Origin: an uncultured Thermoleophilia bacterium
GTDB lineage: Bacteria > Actinomycetota > Thermoleophilia > UBA2241
DNA length: 64,000 nucleotides
Assembly: GCA_963702475.1 (NCBI GenBank)
Contig: CAVPCT010000005.1
Coordinates: 1-64,000 of the forward strand
Reading direction: 5' to 3'
A program made the translations under genes and the position numbers. Numbering within the stretch: the stretch's first letter is position 1; each line of letters begins with the position of its first letter. Below the pieces are notes generated by a model, which saw only the letters and a program-made list of their open reading frames with translations, ran no database searches and was not told the DNA's origin. Of this stretch, positions 29,162 through 39,795 are shown piece after piece.

Positions 29162-30529
29162 TCAGCCCAGCCCGGCGACGGCCTGGCGCGCGAACCGCCG
29201 GGCCTCGTCGTCGCAGGCGTAGACGTCCTCGAGGCTCGCCACCGGCTCGTCGCCGAGCCAGGTGAGGCACTTCTCCACCACCTCGGCGATGGCCAGGAAG
29301 CCGACGGCGCCGTCCAGGAACGCCTGGACGGCGACCTCGTTGGCGGCGTTGAGCACGATGGGCGCCGCCACCGTCCGCGGCCCGGCGCCGGCACCGGGCT
29401 GTCGCGGACCACCGGCGCTCGCGACCAGCTCGGCCTCGGCCGCGGCCATGCCCGCCTCCTCGGCAAGCGCCAGGCAGCGGAAGGTCTCCCGGTCCGGCTT
29501 GCTGAAGGTGAGCTCGGTGGCGAACACGTCGAGCTTCTTGACCGCCGGCAGCGCCGGCCGCTGGGGGTACGCCAGGGCGAAGCCGATGGGCGTGCGCATG
29601 TCGGGTGCGCCGAGGTGCGCGAACACGGCGCCGTCGGCGAGGCGGACCATGCTGTGCACGATGCTCTGCGGGCTGATGACGACGGTGATGTGCTCGTAGG
29701 GCACGCCGAACAGGTAGTGGGCCTCGATGATCTCGAGACCCTTGTTCATCAGGGTCGCGGAGTCGATCGTGATCTTGGGCCCCATGGACCAGTTCGGGTG
29801 CTTGAGGGCCTGCTCGGGGGTGACGGCGGCCAGGTCCGCGGCCGTGCGGCCGCGGAAGGGCCCGCCGGAGCCGGTCAGGAGCAGCTCTTCGGCGGCGGAC
29901 GTCGGCGCGGCGCCGGGGATGTGCGCGAGCCGCGCCGCGGCCGACTCGCCTGCGGCGGCGCCCGAGCCGGCGGCAGCCGCCGCACCAGCTTCTCCCCCGG
30001 CCCGCTCACCGCCGGCCAGCAGGCACTGGAACAGGGCGCTGTGCTCGCTGTCGACGGGCAGGATCGGCGAGCCGCTGCGGCGGGCCGCGTCAAGCACGAA
30101 CGGCCCGCCCGCCACCATGCTTTCCTTGTTGGCGAGCGCCAGCGTGGCGCCGGCCTCCAGCGTCGCCATGGTGGCGCGCAGACCGGCGGCGCCGACGATG
30201 CCGTTGAGCACGGTCAGCGGCGCACCGTCGGCGGCCGCCCGCTCGGCTGCGCGCGCCACGAGCTCGCGCACGCCGGCTTCGCCGGCGAGCACCGCGAGCT
30301 CGGGCCCCCGCGCGGCCACCTCGGCCGCGGCCGCCGGATCGCTCATGCACACGTCGGTGACGCGGAAGCGCGCCGCCTGCTCCAGCACCAGGTCGGCGCC
30401 TCGCCCGGCCGCCAAGCCCACGAGCCGGGCGCCCGGCACCGCGTCGAGGATTTCCAGCGCCTGCCTGCCGATGGACCCCGTCGAGCCGAGCACGAGGATG
30501 TGCTTCGCCGCCGCGTCGCGCTGTGTCAC
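29162..30529 (-). CDS. dxr: 1-deoxy-D-xylulose-5-phosphate reductoisomerase
   Basis: LGSTGSIG, LALANKES, PVDSEH, HPNWSMGPKITIDSAT, NKGLEIIEA, NAANE. Confidence 0.98.
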   Translation of the reverse strand: MTQRDAAAKHILVLGSTGSIGRQALEILDAVPGARLVGLAAGRGADLVLEQAARFRVTDVCMSDPAAAAEVAARGPELAVLAGEAGVRELVARAAERAAADGAPLTVLNGIVGAAGLRATMATLEAGATLALANKESMVAGGPFVLDAARRSGSPILPVDSEHSALFQCLLAGGERAGGEAGAAAAAGSGAAAGESAAARLAHIPGAAPTSAAEELLLTGSGGPFRGRTAADLAAVTPEQALKHPNWSMGPKITIDSATLMNKGLEIIEAHYLFGVPYEHITVVISPQSIVHSMVRLADGAVFAHLGAPDMRTPIGFALAYPQRPALPAVKKLDVFATELTFSKPDRETFRCLALAEEAGMAAAEAELVASAGGPRQPGAGAGPRTVAAPIVLNAANEVAVQAFLDGAVGFLAIAEVVEKCLTWLGDEPVASLEDVYACDDEARRFARQAVAGLG

Positions 30530-32001
30530 GTCGTCTCCTCCTCCACGTCGGGCGCCGCCACGCCGTCCTTCTCATCCTTGGGACCTCGGACCACTCCCCC
30601 ATTCTCCGTCATCAAGACGACGATGAGCAGGAGCACCTGCACGAGGACGATCATCAGGTACTTGCTGTTCTGGAGCGACGGCGCGATCACCATCGAGGAC
30701 CGCGCCAGCTGGATCATGGCCCACGACAGCAGGCCGAACAACAGCGCCCAAACCAGCGTTCCCCGCCCCCTCATCGTGGCGAGCGCGGCGGCCAGCACCG
30801 CCAGCGGAAGGACGTACACGACCAGCTTGTAGTCGTGGCTGATGGCCGGGACGACGCTCATCACCGGCACGCAGACGGCTGCCGCGAGGACGGCGCGCCG
30901 CTCGCTCCAGCCCCGGCGGACGAGGAGCACCATGGTCGCGAGCCACAGGAGGAGCGGCACGACGAGCAGCAGCCAGTAGATCCAGGATGGCCACGATGCG
31001 GAGAGCTGACGCAGGACGACGGACATCGACGCGGCGGAGTGGTTGCCCCACCAGTACGGCTTGCTGGCGGACTCCACGGCGGCCTGCCCGTTGATGGTGT
31101 TCATCAGGTTCCCCGGACCGGCGACCAGCAGGAGGACGACGTTGGTGACCAGTGCCGGCACGATGGCCTTCCAGCGATAGCGCCACAACAAAAGGGCGAG
31201 CAAGACACCCGGGTACAGCTTGAGATTGATGGCGACCGCGAGCGCCAGTGCGGGCCACCATGCCGAGAGCCGAGGCCGCAGCATGAGCCAGACGGCGAGG
31301 AGGGAGAAGGCGAGGGCGAAGAGGTCGATGTTGCCGCGCTCCATCTCGTACATGAAGCCGGCCGACGTGGCCAGCCAGAGGCCGGCGACGAGGCCGAGCT
31401 GCAGCTGGCCGAGGTGGCCGGAGTCCCCGCCGGGTTCGTCCCCAACGCGGTCCGGCCGGGCCACGCGAGCCGCCAGGACGGCGCTCAGCACCACCGCTAC
31501 AGCGGCAGCCACGACGAGCAACGCCACCTCGACCGCGTGGGCCGCGGAGAACCCCAATAGCGTGAACGGCTTGCCGAGGATGAGCGTGAACGGTGGCCAG
31601 CCACTACTGATCGTGGTGAAGGCGCGGGCGGGCTCGTACAGCCCGTCGCGGAAGTCGATGCCGGTGGGCTTGGCCAGAGGGATGAGGAGTCCCCATGTTG
31701 CGTTGCCGAAACGGAACCAATAGACGAAGAAGTTCCAGGCGGCACCCGCCGCAGCGATGACGATGAGCCAGAGGACGGGAGTGGCCGCCGGCCGGCCCAC
31801 ACCGGACGACGCAAGCGCCGTGACGGTGCCCGTCACGGCCAGAGGAAGCACTACCGCCAGGTGCGGGACGACCACGAGGTAGCCGCCGCCGCGCGCGAGG
31901 ACGACGGCCGAGAGGACCCAGCCGAGGGCGCCGACGGCCGCGCCAAGCCAGACGCCGGCTTGCACCCAACCGCCGGACGTGCGCGCCCGCTGGCTGGTCA
32001 C
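30526..32001 (-). CDS. Polytopic membrane protein, GT87/DUF2029-like GT-C glycosyltransferase
   Basis: Many TMs; IDFRDGLY, WPPF, ERGNID, NLKLYP motifs. Confidence 0.72.
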   Translation of the reverse strand: MTSQRARTSGGWVQAGVWLGAAVGALGWVLSAVVLARGGGYLVVVPHLAVVLPLAVTGTVTALASSGVGRPAATPVLWLIVIAAAGAAWNFFVYWFRFGNATWGLLIPLAKPTGIDFRDGLYEPARAFTTISSGWPPFTLILGKPFTLLGFSAAHAVEVALLVVAAAVAVVLSAVLAARVARPDRVGDEPGGDSGHLGQLQLGLVAGLWLATSAGFMYEMERGNIDLFALAFSLLAVWLMLRPRLSAWWPALALAVAINLKLYPGVLLALLLWRYRWKAIVPALVTNVVLLLVAGPGNLMNTINGQAAVESASKPYWWGNHSAASMSVVLRQLSASWPSWIYWLLLVVPLLLWLATMVLLVRRGWSERRAVLAAAVCVPVMSVVPAISHDYKLVVYVLPLAVLAAALATMRGRGTLVWALLFGLLSWAMIQLARSSMVIAPSLQNSKYLMIVLVQVLLLIVVLMTENGGVVRGPKDEKDGVAAPDVEEETT

Positions 32002-32031
32002 CCCACCACCCCTCTCACGTCATCCTCCACT

Positions 32032-33918
32032 CTATCTCGGCGCCAGACGTGGAAGCCTGGCCAGCACGGTCGCTGTACTCTCGTCCGACGGTTTGCGCAG
32101 GAAGACGTACGTCGGCCTCAGGAGTGTGGGGGGATAGTCGAGCCCGCCGCCCGCCGCACGGAGCTCGGCATCGCTGGCGCCGACCGTGACGCCGATGCGG
32201 CAAACGAGCGTCGGCACGAGACGACGACGCCGATAGTAGCTCACCGTGGACTGCGGCAACTGTCCATCCCTCGTCGGCCACAGCCAGTAGCCATTCGACG
32301 CGATGCTCCCTCTCCAATACAGGTAGTAGCCGCTCCCCCCGAAGAAGATCAGGAGCTGGTCGTCAGGGCGAGCCTGCGCAGTGAGATCGGCCGCGAACGT
32401 GTCGAGGAGCTTGCGCCTCTCGGGGGTGACCTTGATACCCCACCAGGGCCCTGAGGTGAAGCGGCTGGTCAGCTCGCGGCGCGCGATGTCGCGCTGCTGG
32501 AACTGGAACTGGAACACGACCGTGACGGCGACGACGGCCACGAGCACGATCGCCGCCGACCACACGCCAGCCGACGGATTCCGCGAACGGCGATCGTCCC
32601 CGCCGACGGGGCTTTCTGGCGCCGGCGTCATCGCTTCGAGAGCCCAGCAGAGGAAGACGCCGCCGGCCAGCATTGCCGGCGCCAGCCCCACCGCCGCCTG
32701 GTAGTAGCCGTTGGCGCTGGTATAGGCGGTCATGGCCCCGGCGATGAGCGAGGGTACCCAGGCCCAGATCAGCAGGCGGGCGCCCGGTTCTCGCCGCTCC
32801 CGGGGCACGAACAGATACAGATACGGGACCAGCAAGGCATAGAGCAACACGTAGCCCGCCCCCCACACGAGCGGTCGCTGCGCCGCAAACCACAGCACCA
32901 CCGGCACGAACGCCAGGAGCCCCCTCCCCACGCGCGGCCAGCGCCGGTAGACGAGATACACGCCGAGAGCGACGAGAAACACCCACGGCCGCCACGAGAA
33001 GAACCGCCAGAACCCCTCGGCGATGCCGATGGCCTTGGCGGCGCCCCCGAGTTGGTGGATGACCTGGGCACCGGCCATGGTTGACTGCCAGCTCCGCCAG
33101 AGATTCCGCAGGCCGAATGACGCGAACAGCAGCCCGAACGGCACCAGGACGACGACTCCCCCGAGGACCCACAGACTGAGGGCGCGCCAGGCGAGCCGCC
33201 CGGTGGGAGGACCTTCGGGGTCCGGTGGATGCGCAAACGCGGCTTCCGCGATCATGGCCGGGGCGCGCAGCCCTAAGGCGAAGGCGAGCAACACGCCCCA
33301 GAACGGCACGATGAACAGCAGCGACGGGTAGGCGATCACGGCGAACCCCAACGACACCCCGGAAGCAAGCGCGAACCTGGGACCCCCCAGCCCCATGACG
33401 ACCCAGCCGCCAAGCGTCACGCTGAGGGTGAGAAAGGCGATGGCCAGCGTGTTGTAGCTGAGCTGCGGCGTGGCCCAGAAGATGTACGTGACGTACACGC
33501 AGGCCACGAGCAGGGCGAGCTGCCAGCGCACCAGCCGCCGCAGCAGCAGGAAGACCGCGGCGGCCACGCCGATCATGAGCAGGAGATAGAGGTGCCGCGT
33601 GTACAGCATGAGCCCGGTGACGTCGTAGCCGCGCACCAGCCCGAAGGCCTTGACGAACGGGTAGACGATGAAGCCCGGGAGCTGCAGCAGGTTCTGCTCG
33701 TTCACGAACGGCCGGTCGCCGAGAGCCCAGCGCCACGGGACCAGGACGTAGTAGCTCTCGTCCTGCAGGTCCATGCCGATGAACAGCCGCCGCCAAGTCA
33801 AGACGACGGCCGCGGCGGCGACGCACAGGGAGAACGCCGAGAGGGCTGAGGTGGCGACGCGCGAGGCCACCCGCGTACCGGGCGCCGCGCCTGCGTCCGT
33901 CACGACCGACTCATCCAT
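32032..33918 (-). CDS. Polytopic membrane protein, probable GT-C glycosyltransferase
   Basis: Acidic motif GMDLQDESYY after TM1, LSYN, more than 10 TMs, soluble C-terminal domain; GAGGAAGG RBS before ATG 33918. Confidence 0.62.
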   Translation of the reverse strand: MDESVVTDAGAAPGTRVASRVATSALSAFSLCVAAAAVVLTWRRLFIGMDLQDESYYVLVPWRWALGDRPFVNEQNLLQLPGFIVYPFVKAFGLVRGYDVTGLMLYTRHLYLLLMIGVAAAVFLLLRRLVRWQLALLVACVYVTYIFWATPQLSYNTLAIAFLTLSVTLGGWVVMGLGGPRFALASGVSLGFAVIAYPSLLFIVPFWGVLLAFALGLRAPAMIAEAAFAHPPDPEGPPTGRLAWRALSLWVLGGVVVLVPFGLLFASFGLRNLWRSWQSTMAGAQVIHQLGGAAKAIGIAEGFWRFFSWRPWVFLVALGVYLVYRRWPRVGRGLLAFVPVVLWFAAQRPLVWGAGYVLLYALLVPYLYLFVPRERREPGARLLIWAWVPSLIAGAMTAYTSANGYYQAAVGLAPAMLAGGVFLCWALEAMTPAPESPVGGDDRRSRNPSAGVWSAAIVLVAVVAVTVVFQFQFQQRDIARRELTSRFTSGPWWGIKVTPERRKLLDTFAADLTAQARPDDQLLIFFGGSGYYLYWRGSIASNGYWLWPTRDGQLPQSTVSYYRRRRLVPTLVCRIGVTVGASDAELRAAGGGLDYPPTLLRPTYVFLRKPSDESTATVLARLPRLAPR

Positions 33919-33985
33919 CGCCTTCCTCGCCGGCGCCCGCGTCCTCCAGGGCAGCGAACGGCTCTCAGCCCAGCAGTGCCGCCGC

Positions 33986-33991
33986 ATTGTA
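33986..33991 (-). promoter_or_regulatory. Candidate -10 hexamer TACAAT in the divergent intergenic region
   Basis: Minus strand reads ATCCGA-TACAAT-GCGG about 70 nt upstream of ATG 33918; -35 is weak. Confidence 0.4.
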
Positions 33992-34056
33992 TCGGATGCC
34001 GATCCTGCGGCATGAGCCCAAGGGTCAGTTGACTCGTGCACCCTCGCGACGGCAGG

Positions 34057-34980
34057 ATGCTTCCAGCGGCGGACAGGACGGCAGCGGGGGGCAGCATCAA
34101 GACCATCCTCATCGCAGGGGCGACCGGGTTTCTCGGCAGTACGGTGGCCCGCAGGTCGCTCGCCCGGGGCCACCGGGTCCTTGCTCTCGTGAGGGACCCG
34201 CTCAGCCCCGGGCGTCTGGCAGACGTCAAGGACGCCGTCGAGTGGTTCGGGTGGACGGACGGCATCGACGCCGCGTTCGCCGCCCCGCGGACACCGGACG
34301 CCGTCGTCTACGCCGCGGCGTCCTTCGCACGCGGGGTCGAGCCGCCCTCGAGCGTGTGCGAAGCCAACACGTTGCTCCCTCTCCGGGTGCTCGAGCGGTC
34401 ACTGCATGCGTCGGTGCCCCTCTTCTTGAACGCCGACACGGCGCTCCACAACGTCCTCAACCCCTACTCGCTGTCCAAGCACCAGTTCGCGGAGTGGGGA
34501 CGTCTGCTTGCGGCCGACCGGGGTCTGCGGTTCGTGAACGTGCGCCTCGAGCACCTGTACGGCCCCGGCGACGACGAGAGCAAGTTCCCCGCATTCGTGG
34601 TCGCGTCGCTTCTGCGCAACGAGCCGGAGCTGCGACTGACACAGGGCGAGCAGCAGCGCGACTTCGTCTTCATCGACGACGTGGGAGACGCCTACGACGT
34701 GCTGCTCGACGCGGACGCCAGACTGGCGTCCGGGTACCATGAGATCTCCGTGGGCAGCGGCCGGCCCGTGCGCGTCCGCGACTTCGTCGAGACCGTGAGG
34801 GACATGACCGGATCGACGACGGTCCTACGGTTCGGGGCTCTTCCCTACCGGCCTCACGAGGTCATGCGCTCGGCGGCCGAACTGGACGCCATCCACGCCC
34901 TCGGCTGGACGCCGCGAACGAGCCTTGACGATGGCCTGAAGGCGACCATCGCCGCGGAGCGAGAACGATGCGCGTCCTGA
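34057..34980 (+). CDS. CDP-3,6-dideoxyhexose 4-reductase (CDP-paratose/abequose synthase-like)
   Basis: [38 protein letters not shown]; adjacent to rfbE. Confidence 0.8.
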   Translation: MLPAADRTAAGGSIKTILIAGATGFLGSTVARRSLARGHRVLALVRDPLSPGRLADVKDAVEWFGWTDGIDAAFAAPRTPDAVVYAAASFARGVEPPSSVCEANTLLPLRVLERSLHASVPLFLNADTALHNVLNPYSLSKHQFAEWGRLLAADRGLRFVNVRLEHLYGPGDDESKFPAFVVASLLRNEPELRLTQGEQQRDFVFIDDVGDAYDVLLDADARLASGYHEISVGSGRPVRVRDFVETVRDMTGSTTVLRFGALPYRPHEVMRSAAELDAIHALGWTPRTSLDDGLKATIAAERERCAS

Positions 34981-36008
34981 TCACCGGCGGGTGCGGGTTC
35001 CTGGGCTGCAACCTGGCGGCCGCGTTGCTGCGCGATGGCGAAGACGTCATCGTCTTCGACAACCTCTCCCGCGCCGGATCCACCCAGAACCTCGAGTGGC
35101 TGCGCCTGATCGGAGATCCGGTGTTCCTTCACGGCGACGTGAGGTCTTGCGATGACGTCGATCACGCCGTCGCCAGCGTGAAGCCGGACGCCGTCCTCCA
35201 CCTCGCCGGCCAGGTGGCGATGACCACGTCGATCCTGCAGCCCATTCGCGACTTCCGGGTCAACAGCCTCGGCACCCTCAACGTGCTCGAGGCGGTGCGC
35301 GCCCACGCCTGCTCGGCCCCTGTCCTGTATTCGTCCACGAACAAGGTCTACGGGGATCTGGAGCAGTACAGGTACGATGAGACCGAGACGCGGTACGTGT
35401 GCCGGGACCGCCCGAACGGCTTCGACGAGAGTACCCCGCTCGACTTCCGGTCGCCGTACGGCTGCTCCAAGGGCGCCGCCGACCAGTACGTGCTCGACTA
35501 CCACCACACGTTCGGGCTGCGGACCGTCGTCTTCCGCCACTCGTCGATGTATGGAGGCCGCCAGTTCGCCACGGAGGACCAGGGCTGGGTCGGCTGGTTT
35601 TGCGCCCGGGCGCGCGACCTGCGCCGCGGCGAGAGCGACGGGGAGTTCACCATCTCGGGCAACGGCAAGCAGGTCCGCGACCTGCTCCACGCCGACGATA
35701 TGGTGACGTTGTACCGGGCGGCACTGGAGCACATCGACGCCGCCCAAGGCACGGTCTTCAACGTCGGCGGGGGGCCCGCCAACAGCCTCTCCCTCATCGA
35801 GCTGTTCCGGGAGCTCGAGACGTACGCGGGCCGACCGATCACCTGCCGTTCCCTGCCCCCTCGTCAGAGCGACCAGCGCGTCTTCATCGCGGACATCTCA
35901 AAAGCCAGACAGCGCCTGCACTGGGAGCCGCGCGTGGACCGGCAGACGGGGTTGGCACGCATGCTGGAGTGGGTCGAGGGCGACCCAGAGGGCCAGGACC
36001 GGCCCTGA
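34968..36008 (+). CDS. rfbE: CDP-paratose 2-epimerase (CDP-tyvelose epimerase)
   Basis: [63 protein letters not shown]. Confidence 0.92.
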   Translation: MRVLITGGCGFLGCNLAAALLRDGEDVIVFDNLSRAGSTQNLEWLRLIGDPVFLHGDVRSCDDVDHAVASVKPDAVLHLAGQVAMTTSILQPIRDFRVNSLGTLNVLEAVRAHACSAPVLYSSTNKVYGDLEQYRYDETETRYVCRDRPNGFDESTPLDFRSPYGCSKGAADQYVLDYHHTFGLRTVVFRHSSMYGGRQFATEDQGWVGWFCARARDLRRGESDGEFTISGNGKQVRDLLHADDMVTLYRAALEHIDAAQGTVFNVGGGPANSLSLIELFRELETYAGRPITCRSLPPRQSDQRVFIADISKARQRLHWEPRVDRQTGLARMLEWVEGDPEGQDRP

Positions 36009-36025
36009 GCCGGCCCGCCGAAGCC

Positions 36026-37042
36026 GTGCACGAGCTCGCCGTCTGCGTCCCCACCTATGAGCGGGCCGGCTACCTCGAGGAGCTCGTGACGTCGTTCCTC
36101 GCCGGCCTCCCGGACTCCGTCCAGCTCGTGGTGAGCGACAACGCCTCCGCCGACGGCACTCAGTTGCTGATGGACGCGTGTGCGCGGCACGACGATCGCG
36201 TCAAGTACGTCCGTTCGCCGGTGAACCTGGGCCCGGACCGCAACTACCTGCGGGCCGTTGAGGCGGCCGATGCGCGCTACTGCTGGCTGTTCGGGAGCGA
36301 CGACCTGCCGTCGCCCGGCGCCCTGCGCCGCATCCTCGCCGTCATCTCCCAGACTGCGCCCGACATCCTGCTGTTCGACCGGGTGTGGTGCGACATCGCC
36401 ATGCGGCCGTTGCGCGGTGACGCCATGTTCAGCCCGCACCGGCCCTTGCTGTTCGACACCGCCCGCGTCGGGGGCTCGATCGCGTACCTGGACCATGCCG
36501 TGACGATCATGGCGCTCTTCAGCTACTTGTCGTCCATCGTCGTGAGCAAGGACCGATGGGACCGCACCGACCCGCGCGAGGAGTTCGTCGGCTCAGCGTA
36601 CGTCCACAGCGCCCGGCTGCTGTCCGTGCTCGATGAGGGCGCTCGCCTCTGCTATCTGCCGGAGGCGCTGGTGCGCTGCCGCGGCGACAACGACTTCTTC
36701 CTCGAGAAGGGTGCCTTCAACCGGGTCCGCATCGACCTGGCGGGGTACCGCCGGCTCAATGACACGTTCTTTCCGCACGGCCGCGCTCGCGCGGCGGCGC
36801 TGCGCGTGATGCGGCGTGAGTATGGCGCGCTGCGCCTGCTGCTCGTGCTGGCGACCGCCGACGACGGCGAGTGCGACGAACTGCTGCAGTACCTCGAGTA
36901 CTACGAGTACCCGCCGTCCCTCCGCCGGCTCCTGAGCCTCCTCAGCGAGCCGGCACCCAGAAGGCTCCTCGCGGCGGCGGCTCCCTGCGGTCGCCGTGCG
37001 TGGTGGGCGTGGCAGGCTGCGCGGGCGCACCACTCACCGTGA
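36026..37042 (+). CDS. GT2 dideoxyhexosyltransferase (RfbV/WbaV-like)
   Basis: VPTYER, SDNASAD, NLGPDRNY, YCWLFGSDD, LFSYLSSIVV, RGDNDFF. Confidence 0.8.
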   Translation: MHELAVCVPTYERAGYLEELVTSFLAGLPDSVQLVVSDNASADGTQLLMDACARHDDRVKYVRSPVNLGPDRNYLRAVEAADARYCWLFGSDDLPSPGALRRILAVISQTAPDILLFDRVWCDIAMRPLRGDAMFSPHRPLLFDTARVGGSIAYLDHAVTIMALFSYLSSIVVSKDRWDRTDPREEFVGSAYVHSARLLSVLDEGARLCYLPEALVRCRGDNDFFLEKGAFNRVRIDLAGYRRLNDTFFPHGRARAAALRVMRREYGALRLLLVLATADDGECDELLQYLEYYEYPPSLRRLLSLLSEPAPRRLLAAAAPCGRRAWWAWQAARAHHSP

Positions 37043-38319
37043 GCGAGCGCCTCGGCCTCGAGCGGACGGCCGCGCCCGCGTTCGCCCGCTCCGGCGTGGT
37101 CATGTTCGTCGGCAACACCCTCGCCGGGGTCTTCGTGTACGCCCTGCAGGTCGTCATGGGCCGCCTGCTGCAGGTGCAGGACTACGGCCTGTTCACGGCG
37201 CTGCTGGGCATCTTCAACGTCACGGCGCTGCCGCTCACGGCCCTCCTCCTGGTGGTGACGAGGGGCGTGGCCGGCGACCTCGGGCACGGGCGGCCCGGCG
37301 CTGCCGCGGCCCTGCGCAGGCAGGCGGTCCGCGAGCTCGCCCTCGGAGGCGGCGCTGTGGTGCTCGTGGCGCTCGCCCTGAGCCCGCTGTTCGCTCGCCT
37401 CCTCGACGCTCCCTCAGTCGTACCCGTCGCGCTGCTCTGGGTGGCCGTCGTGGTCAACCTGTTCACGGCCCTCGGATCCGCCGTGCTGCAGGGCATGAGC
37501 CGGTTCGCGACGCTGGCCGCGGTGAGCGCCGGCGTCGCGGCCGCGCGCCTCGCCGCGTGCGCGGCGCTCGTGGCGGCCGGGCTCGGGGTCGCCGGCTCCA
37601 TGGCCGGCCTCGTTGTGGCGGCCGCGGCCGGAGCCGCGGCCGCCTGGATCGTGGTCGAGCGAGCTCTGCCGGGGAGGATCAGCGACCACTCACGGCGACG
37701 GCTCTTCGCCTCGCGTGAGGGCTTGCTCCTCGCCACCAGCAACCTCGCCTTCATCGCCCTCACGCAGCTGGACTACATCATCGTGAGGGTCTTCTGCAGC
37801 CCTGACGAAGCCAGCCTGTACTCGGCCGGTGCTGTGCTCGCCAAGGCCGTGCTCTGGCTGCCGGTTGGCATCGCCATCGCCGTCTTCCCGACTGTGGCAA
37901 CGCATCAGGCGAGAGGGGAGCGCAGCAGGCACGTGCTCTTCCAGGCCCTCGGCATGGCGCTGCTCACCTCCGGCGCGCTGGCCGGCGTCCTGGCCGTGGG
38001 GGCCAAGTTCTGGATCGACCTGTTGTACGGTCCCGAGTACGCCGGAGCCGCCGTGTACCTCAGCTGGCTGAGCGTCGTCTACCTCCCGTTGGCCCTCGTG
38101 CTCGTGGTCGACAACTACCAGCTTGCACTCGGAAGGGCGAGGTTCATCTGGCTGTACGCCCTCGGCGCGGCCGCGCAGGTCGTCGTCTTCTCCGCCGTCG
38201 GCGGTACGCCGCTGCGACTCGTCTGGATCCTCGCGGCTGCCTCCGCCGCGTGCTTCGCCTGGGCCGTGTGGGTCGTGGCGAGCACCCGGGCCCGGCGACC
38301 GGCGGAAGCGGCCTCCTGA
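37039..38319 (+). CDS. Wzx-like oligosaccharide flippase
   Basis: About 12 TMs, GRLLQVQDYG, TQLDYIIVR..ASLYSA, FPTVA, LYGPEY. Confidence 0.85.
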   Translation: MSERLGLERTAAPAFARSGVVMFVGNTLAGVFVYALQVVMGRLLQVQDYGLFTALLGIFNVTALPLTALLLVVTRGVAGDLGHGRPGAAAALRRQAVRELALGGGAVVLVALALSPLFARLLDAPSVVPVALLWVAVVVNLFTALGSAVLQGMSRFATLAAVSAGVAAARLAACAALVAAGLGVAGSMAGLVVAAAAGAAAAWIVVERALPGRISDHSRRRLFASREGLLLATSNLAFIALTQLDYIIVRVFCSPDEASLYSAGAVLAKAVLWLPVGIAIAVFPTVATHQARGERSRHVLFQALGMALLTSGALAGVLAVGAKFWIDLLYGPEYAGAAVYLSWLSVVYLPLALVLVVDNYQLALGRARFIWLYALGAAAQVVVFSAVGGTPLRLVWILAAASAACFAWAVWVVASTRARRPAEAAS

Positions 38320-38436
38320 CGCAGGACCGTGGCCCCGGGTCAGAACCGGGACACCCGTGCGGGCGGTTGCCCGCATCAGCGGGTCGCACCGCCGCGCGAT
38401 GCTCAACGAGCCACGCCGCCGGCCTCGGGCCGCCGC

Positions 38437-39795
38437 TCAGACGGCGGCGTACGCGACCGTCTCGTACTGCAACTGGGTGTGGTGGCGCAGGTAGAGGCGG
38501 TACCCGGCATTGAGGCTGTCTATCCAGGCGGGCAGGCGCCACAGGTCCGCGGCCCGGTGATAGACGGCCACTGCCAGGACCGGGCGCGACGCCAGGATGG
38601 TGAGCCGGGCTCCGTTGAGCGCAGCCTCCTCGGCACCCTCCACGTCCAGCTTGATGTACGTCGCCCGCCGGCTGAGGGCATCGTCAAGGGAGACGATCGG
38701 CACGAGCCTGCGACCGTTCTCCCCGAAGGCTCCATCCATGCCTCCCGTGGGCGTGTACGAGCCGGTACCCGCACGGGCGCCGAGCCCCGCGCGGTGGACG
38801 CGCACCTGCGGCCAGCCGTCGAACCGCGCCTCGGCCCGCCCGCAGAGGTCCTCGTCAGGCTCGAACAGATCGAGCACCCTGCCGGGTCCAGCATTGCGGC
38901 GCACGAACTCGGCCGCGGAATCGCCGTCGTATGCCCCGCCATCAGCGTACCGCGCCTCCGGATCAGCCCGGAAGACTTCGGGCACGAACCACTGGTCGCC
39001 AGTGCACACCGACCGCAGGGGTTCGGATGCGAGAGTGACCCGGTGCCGCAGCACCGCAGCCAGCACGACTCTGGACCGGTCGTCGGCGAGCCGCGCAGCC
39101 AGGCCAAGGTACCTCACGGCGTTGTGTGCGAGGTCGGCCGCGTACCCGCGTTCCGGCTCCGCCGGCAGGCCGAGCAGGACGGTCAGCTCAGGGAGACTCA
39201 GCGGCCTGACCCCGAGGCGGGCGAGCTGCGCCAGGATGTCCTCGTGGTGCCGTCCGGTGCAGATGACGACCGTCGCCTCCCCGCGCGCCGCATCCTCCGG
39301 CTTCAGGACCGGAAGCCCGTCGACGGTGGCGCCGCGCAGGCCGGCGTCGTTGTCCAGAAAGCCGGCGGCCGGCCGGCCCTGCGCCGCCATGAGCCCAGCG
39401 ACCTGGCGGCCCACCAGGCCGGCCCCGAACAGCCACACCGGCCCTGAGGCGCCGCACGGGCCCACTCGTTCGCGGAGCGCCGCCTCCGCCTTGCCGCCGA
39501 CGACCGCCAGCAGCTCGGCCGCGAGGCCCGGCAGCCCGCCCACGAGGCGCACGACCTCGTCGAGGTCACGGCACTCCACGGCCCTGTCCCACTCCCACCA
39601 CGGACGGGGCCGGCGACGGAGTATGGCTCGAGCGCGCGCCCGCTGGGCTTCCGGCGTCGGGGGGTGCTCCGCCCCTGCCCACTCCGGCACCAGCTCGAAG
39701 CCCTCGCCGGCAAGCCGCCGGGCCGCAGCCGTAAGTTCCTCAGGACCGGGGGGGTCCGCCGCCGTCCGATCGAGGCTGAGGACCAGGGGCAGCAT
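38437..39795 (-). CDS. FkbM-family methyltransferase with N-terminal extension
   Basis: DGGAYDGDS, FEPD, IKLDVEGAE, LAVAVYH, LRHH..ETVAYA; upstream LFGAGLVG Rossmann-like segment. Confidence 0.88.
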   Translation of the reverse strand: MLPLVLSLDRTAADPPGPEELTAAARRLAGEGFELVPEWAGAEHPPTPEAQRARARAILRRRPRPWWEWDRAVECRDLDEVVRLVGGLPGLAAELLAVVGGKAEAALRERVGPCGASGPVWLFGAGLVGRQVAGLMAAQGRPAAGFLDNDAGLRGATVDGLPVLKPEDAARGEATVVICTGRHHEDILAQLARLGVRPLSLPELTVLLGLPAEPERGYAADLAHNAVRYLGLAARLADDRSRVVLAAVLRHRVTLASEPLRSVCTGDQWFVPEVFRADPEARYADGGAYDGDSAAEFVRRNAGPGRVLDLFEPDEDLCGRAEARFDGWPQVRVHRAGLGARAGTGSYTPTGGMDGAFGENGRRLVPIVSLDDALSRRATYIKLDVEGAEEAALNGARLTILASRPVLAVAVYHRAADLWRLPAWIDSLNAGYRLYLRHHTQLQYETVAYAAV

